A stretch of DNA of 64,000 bases. Source: Eledone cirrhosa. Its lineage: Eukaryota. How positions within the stretch are numbered: position 1 is the stretch's first letter; each line of letters begins with the position of its first letter. The notes under the pieces were generated by a model. The model had not been told where the DNA came from and did no database searches. It saw nothing but the letters and a program-made list of their open reading frames with translations. A program made the position numbers and the translations under genes. This document shows, piece after piece, positions 57,774-64,000 of this stretch. The stretch is taken from NCBI GenBank assembly GCA_964016885.1, contig OZ024742.1, positions 138,694,001 to 138,758,000 of the forward strand, written 5' to 3'.

Positions 57774-58653
57774 CTATATACAAGTCTGTGTATATTTTAA
57801 TTGTTTAAAAATTATTTTTAAGTGAACATGATTTTAAAAAATATATCTTTAAGTGAACGTTGACCCAACGGGTCACAGGTGATCTAGTTACATATAAACT
57901 CGACAGTCAACATTGAATTGTATTGATTCAAGAAATCCTTTTCCTGGAGTTATTAATGTCATTGAACAGCTTACAAATTGAAAGCGCTCCAATTGTGACG
58001 AACTTGTCGGAGTCTTGTGCCTAATGCGGACTGATTATTTAGATGGTAAAGTGTTATAATTTAAGAGATACTGGGCTACTGTTTCTATCAAATTGAGTGG
58101 CTATGTAAGAGCCCATTCAACGTTTGATAAGTTTCTTTTTTCTTTTCATTGTAAAGTGTGACAAGCACAGATCGCTAGATATGTACTATGTAGAGTTGGT
58201 TTCAATCCTAAGCTGTAGCAATTTTACCTCAAAACCATCGTTAATATCTTTGAGCCAAAGCCTGGTCTTCATAAGAGGAAGATTCTCTCTTTTGAATATC
58301 TAGTACTTTCTGTCTCATCAAACAAGAACATTATTGTTATAATGAGCAACAGAAATGTATAGTCATAATAAACACATATAAAACATGATACTATTAGAGG
58401 GAGTGGAAAGCAAACGAGGTTATCACGACTTTTATCTTTTATAGAAACTATAGAACATTTTCTATTAGATTTAGATGACGTCAAAAATAGCTTGGCAGAC
58501 CAAGCAGACGAGACAGTGCATTCATGAGGTTTATTATAATTACAACGTCCATGTTTATGGAAGAGCAGACCATCTTTCAAGCTTATTTTAAACGTGGGTT
58601 TTCGAAATACATCTAAGGCTGGCTTATATCTACAGCTTATACGTCGCCCTCCC

Positions 58654-58705
<52 letters not shown>

Positions 58706-58814
58706 CAAGTTTGCTGATTTTCCTATGTACGACATGGTAATGCAGCACCTCATTGATGTATATAGGTTTGTTTGTTATGACCTAGGCTGCAGTTACACAC
58801 TTGTTTCAACACGA

Positions 58815-59460
58815 TCAATTGAGTCAGCTGTTACGTTTGCGGATCAAATTTTATGTGAAACTCAACACATCTACCATCGAAACATGTGATTATTTAATAC
58901 AAGCTTACGGAGATGCCTCTCTATCAAGAAATAAGGGTTTTAAGTGACAAATTTTCAAAGTGGGCCGAGAAAATGTTGAAGAGTAACATTCTGGAAGTTC
59001 AATCTCATCAACAAATGAACAAATTGTGAAAGTGGTGCGAACGGGTGTGGAGAAAAATCGCCGATTAAGTGTTTGGATGATTACAGATGAAACACACTTG
59101 GTTACAAATGCAGTTCACAGAATTTTAATAGACCAATTGCACACGCGAAAAGATTGTGCAAACCTCGTGTCGATACTCAGCACTTTTAATTTGAGAATTT
59201 CCGGCGAAGAAATCATTTCCATTCTTCTACAACCTCCTTACAATCCAGATCTAGCTCTGTGTAATTTCTCTCTCTCTTCCCTCAGTTGAAATCGAAGTCG
59301 AGGTGGGTCATCATTTTGGGAGTGTAGAAAACATACAAAATATTTAAGCCAATGGCTAAGGACACTCACAGTAAATGACTTCCGGTACTGCTACGATCAA
59401 TGTAAAAAACGTTGGAACCACTGTGTGGCTTCCAAACTACCATATTTTAAAGGAAATAAC
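58815..59460 (+). mobile_element. Internally deleted, decayed mariner transposase
   Basis: IKFYVKL...ET...LIQAYGDASLSR, NRRLSV..I...VHRIL..QL, then QPPYNPDLALCNF (YSPDLAP-like) and KRW..CV.S; catalytic core missing. Confidence 0.8.
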
Positions 59461-60075
59461 TACATCAGTATCCATATGTTTTGGACAAATAAGGATTTCT
59501 AATTTACACCAGACCTCTAATTTGTAGGAAGGAGAAAGTCGATTGTATCGACCCTAGTACTTAACTGTCAATTCAGAACATAGAAGAACATGACTAAATA
59601 CCACCACCCTATATTATTTGATAATAACTGTTACTACTTCTAGCACAAGGACAGCAATTTGAAGGGAAGGCGAAAGTAAATTAATTCTGGTACTTTATTT
59701 TATTGACTCCGTAAGGATGGAAGGCGAGTTTGAACTCAGAACGTACAGGGACGTAACTACATGCTGAAAAGCTTGTCCGATGGTCTACCGATACTACCAA
59801 TCCACCGCCTTATTTTATTAGATAATACTTGTAATTGTTTCTGAAAATCAATAAATGATGATGAAGGTGATGATAATGATATTAAATAAAATGTAGAAAA
59901 TTTAAGAGATTGAGAAGAGGTTCATAGTTGACGGCGTTCGTTTCAGCTATCATGCCATGATACATAACTCAATATCTAGAACAGAAGGTAAACTTGTATG
60001 CCGAGAAGGGTTTTCCCCGCCAGAGCCGCTACTACAACCACCACCATTACTACTACTATTATTAATACAACTACT

Positions 60076-60262
60076 GGCTGTGGATTGGCAGTATCGGTAG
60101 AAGGTCGGACGCCATGCTTTGCAGCATAGAGTTACGACCCTTTACAATCTGAGTTCAATTCCTGCCGAGGTCAACTTTGCCTTTCATCCTGACGGTGTCG
60201 ATAAAATAAAGTACCAATAACGCACTGGGTAATTGCTGGCCTTGTGCCAAACGTAAAAACAA
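60076..60262 (+). mobile_element. tRNA-derived SINE copy with TSD
   Basis: Same family; flanked by a tattaatacaactact duplication. Confidence 0.85.
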
Positions 60263-60322
60263 CTATTAATACAACTACTACTACAACCACCACCATTACT
60301 GCTACTATTATTAATACTACTA

Positions 60323-63300
60323 CTAGACAGGATATTCATTAGGAAAATAGACAGAAATAGTGTAAGTTGTCCACGTTTTAAAACGGTCGCCTATTCAGAT
60401 CACAAGTTTGTGATCTGTATAGTCGACCTAGAAAAGACGCGTAGATTCGGACCTGGTTACTGGAAGCTGAACATGTCATTTCCGGCACGTAAGGCTTACA
60501 GGAACCAGGTCAACAATTTAGTTAAGAAAAAGTTGACAGGGGGAGTCGTCAACAATAGATGGTTGGTTGGGGGGGCTCTCAAAAGAGAGATTAGTGCAAA
60601 GTCGATAGAGTTTAGCAGGGAAGTAGCGTTAGAGAAAATTAGAAAGGAGGGGGAGCTGGTAGATAAGTTAGACGAGGCTATTTGTATTGGCATTGCAACT
60701 AACGTGCAAGCGGCGAGAATGGCATTAGATCATTTCTTCAATGCAAAACACGAAGGTTGCATTGTCAGAGCTAAGGCGCGTGCTCTGAGAAACGAAGGAA
60801 CCAAAGCTGTTCGATGGGCCCGCGTGGCAGAGGCGCAGCGTGGTAATAAAAGCATGATTCGGTCTTTGACTAACCGAGATGGACACGAGGTGAGCGATTC
60901 CAAGCGGATGTGTGAGGCCTTTCGCCAACATTTTGCTAGGTTGTTCGGGGTAAGTGGCGGGTCAGAGGCGGTAGCGGACTTCAGTCCCTATCTCGATGGC
61001 TTGCCGCAACTCTCGACGGCCGACGCTGGGCGCTGCGAAAGGCCGATTACTTCAGCCGAGATTCTGGATGCCCTTGTCGGCTGCATAAGGCGCAAGTCAC
61101 CCTGTTTTGATGGTCTGCCATACGAGCTTTACGTAAATATGCCAGACTTGTTCTCCAATCTCCTCGAAGCACTCTACTGCAACTGGCAGCAGAACGGGAG
61201 CATTCCCAGTTCTGTGACTTGGGGGTAGTGACGCTGATAAGGAAGGACGAGAACAAGAGGGATACATTAGACAATTTCAGGCCCATAACTCTGCTCAACA
61301 CAGAGTTTATAATTATGGCCAGGGTGTTAGCGAAGAGGTTGGCGCTTGTCGTCGGGGATTTGGTTGGGGAGGCGCAAACTTGCGCAATCCCAACCAGGTC
61401 CATACACGACAACCTCCACCTGATGCGATACATCATAGAGAGGGTAGAGTGTAAACCTGGCTTCGGTGGGGCTCTGATCAATTTAGATCAATCGAAAGCA
61501 TTCGATAGGGTCGACCATCGGTACCTGGAGGCTGTCCTCAAGGCGGCGGGCTTCGGCCCCGTCTTCAGAGTCTGGATCGCTGCAATGCACAGCGGCACCT
61601 GCTCGGGGGTCAACATTAATGGCCACCTCTGGGAATCGTTTCAGGTTTCCCGATCGGTCCGTCAAGAGTGCTCTCTCTCCTCCCTTCTGTACGTATTGAC
61701 TCTGGAGCCTTTACTGCGGAAGCTGGAGCTGTTGCAGGGCATCCCGCTCGAACCGGGACACGGAAAGGCTGTGTCGGCTTATGCGGACGACATCACCGTG
61801 ATGGTGTGGGACACCTCGGAAATCGCGGTGGTCGGTAACTTATTGGAGGAATATGAAAGGTTGACGGGAGCAAAAATTAACCCGGAAAAGTCGGTGAGCT
61901 TGCAACTCGGCACCTGGAGAGGCAAGTCCATGCCGTCCAACAGCATCCTTAGGCGCTGGACGGACGTACCGGTAAATTTGCTCGGGTTTTGGTTCGGGCC
62001 AGACCTCCAGGTGGATAATAATTGGGACGAGGTGACGGCAGGGTAGCCAGTCTCACCCAGAAATGGACTGCGGGAAAGCTATCACTGAAAGGTCGGGCGA
62101 AGGTGGCAAACGCGTACATCGCGTCCGTCATCTACTACCATCTGACCGTCGTCCCTTGCCCCCGTTCGCTACTCGCCATCTTGGAGTGGCTCCTCTTCAA
62201 ATTCTTGTGGAGGGGTCAGGTTCCGCTGGTGAGGCGCTCCATCTGCTGCCAGCACCCTCTACGTGGAGGGCTGGGCATGCCGTGGCTAATGATGCGCAGA
62301 CACGCGCTGAGGCTGCGGTATCTCTAGATATTCTGCCTAAACGTTGAACAGGTGTGGTCGTCGTTTGTCAGACGGGCCTTTCCGCAGCTCGTTTCTTTGA
62401 CTGAGCTGCAGTCCTGGGTCAAGAAGAGACCGAGACCCTCTACCAGGCAGGCGATGCTGACAGTGGAACTTCCACTCTCGTCTTCTATAGAGGATCAGTG
62501 GTGGGCAAGTGCGACAACGCACTCGGAGAGGCTCTGAGCGTCGACGAAGTTGAACTAACCAGTCTGTACCGGAGGACTTTCGAGCCGGGGACGATGGATA
62601 ATTTCCAAAAATCCCTTGCTTGGCAGTGCTACCGGTGAGCACTGTCGGTTCGAGATAAACTCTACAGGCACGGAAGTGCTGTCAGACGGACCTACCCGAG
62701 ATGCGCGCAGAGCGACGAAACCGTCCTGCACGCACACGTCCAGTGTCCGTGCATTTCTGACTTGTGGAGTTATGTCAAACAGCTGTAGTCGCGTGCAGAA
62801 CGGATCCGGCTATCGGCCGAGTCCATAGTGAAGATCGACCCACCGCCTTCTTTTGGCCAGGAAGAGCAGGAAATTTTCCTCTGTCTGGTGGCAGTTGCGA
62901 AAGAGGTTGTATGGTGGACGAGATTGAAAGGACTGAAGACAGACACTTTTCTCTTCGGCCAATCCCTCATCAACTTTTTCAGGTTTCACTTGGAAAGGAA
63001 GTTGAGGGTGGAGAGAGAAGTGCTGTGCTCCCCCCCCCCCTCCCAGTACATATGCTGAAAGGTGGGTGAATGTGGCGAGAATGGCCCGTGTGAGTGGGCT
63101 TACTCTGGTCATGCGCCTGTAGGTGGATAAATTTGAGGAGGAGAGGGGTGCCCTTCCAGGGTGCTCTCGAAGCGTCGGGTCGTTCAGGATTGGTGGGGTA
63201 CCTGAGCGAACTCTGGGTGGTCATCCCCCTATTGAGGAATTTTTCTTGTATTTTTATTCTTACTTTGTTATTGTTATTCATATTGTTTACTCGATTTTTC

Positions 63301-63370
63301 TGTAAAACCCCACTGTCCCAGTCTTTTGTATTGCCCTCTATATGTCGGCCCTTGTGGCCAATAAATGAAA
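60323..63370 (+). mobile_element. Tx1/L1-clade LINE, 5'-truncated and decayed
   Basis: LDRIF...YSDH, GPGYWKLN, KSPCFDGLPYE, NFRPITLLN, LDQSKAFDRVDH, AYADD, GGLGMP; AATAAA at about 63360; flanked by TAC/CAC-rich simple repeats. Confidence 0.88.
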
Positions 63371-63485
63371 TCATTATTATACTACTAAAACCACCACCAT
63401 TACTACTACTACTACTACTACATAATTTCTCTGTAGCATTTACAAAAGACAAAAAATATGACTGAAAAAAAGAAGTTTTACTTAC

Positions 63486-63634
63486 TGTGGATGCATCAAT
63501 GTCGTTGCCGCTTGCCCGGTAGGCGGCGATAGTAGTTATTGAAGTGAGGGTCGGTATGATGGGAACTATACCATTAGCGACTCCTTGTAGGACACTGATT
63601 CGTTTTAATGTTTTTCTTTCAGCTCTCCGCAATG
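63486..63634 (-). CDS. ABCC (MRP5/ABCC5-like) transporter, exon A (TMD1 C-terminal helices)
   Basis: Acceptor ctttcacag, donor gtaagt; encodes LRRAERKTLKRISVLQGVANGIVPIIPTLTSITTIAAYRASGNDIDAST; ends in phase 0, matching the next exon. Confidence 0.85.
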
Positions 63635-63756
63635 CTGTGAAAGAGAGGACATGACTATATTTGATTCTTTGTTTCGAAACACTTCTTTACATTTTCAGAA
63701 AGAAAAACAGGCAAATAATAAAATTAATTAATTAACTAATTGAATAATAAATAAAT

Positions 63757-63938
63757 AATTGTTTCTACTTTAGGCACAAGGCCAGCAATTACCCAGTGCA
63801 TTACTGGTACTTTATTTTATCGACCCCGTAAGGATGAAAGGCAAAGTCAACCTCGGCGGGATTTGAACTCAGATCGTAAAGGGACGTAACTATGCTGGAA
63901 AGCATGGCGTCCGACCCTCTACCGATACTGCCAATCCA
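63757..63938 (-). mobile_element. tRNA-derived SINE copy
   Basis: Almost identical to 11290-11470. Confidence 0.88.
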
Positions 63939-64000
63939 ATGTTAGTTATATATAATATTTAGGTTGAGAGGATGAAAAGAAGCAGCATGCTTACATGTTA

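Noticed and set aside
57861-57887. Hairpin plus CTAG resembling a Helitron 3' end
   Set aside because: No matching 5' TC terminus or second copy identified in the window.

Overview
Eukaryotic, very repeat-rich genomic DNA. The SINE family and microsatellite style suggest a cephalopod, probably Octopus (inference). The only host gene is a minus-strand ABCC (MRP5/ABCC5-like) transporter. Eleven GT-AG exons (63634 down to 6959) splice into one open frame covering the end of TMD1, NBD1, the linker and the start of TMD2. Introns and flanks are packed with mostly decayed mobile DNA: an R4/Dong-like RLE LINE, CR1/L2-like, Tx1/L1-like and RTE LINE remnants, three distinct Penelope-like (PLE; RT + GIY-YIG) lineages with inverted pseudo-LTRs, a RepHel Helitron in a head-to-tail tandem, several non-autonomous Helitrons, a deleted mariner, tRNA-derived SINEs and long (TA)n/(CA)n tracts. 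The most striking unannotated signal is about 16 hammerhead-ribozyme folds (CUGANGA...GAAA...NUH with pairable stems) in about ten unrelated sequence families. Many lie in short ORF-less foldback elements embedded in TA microsatellites. Several show unusual cores (U3-A8 covariation, U-U or A-A at the base of stem II, an extra G after A9). Nine of the better-formed ones are on the same strand as the ABCC pre-mRNA. All ribozyme calls come from manual folding and none is tested.
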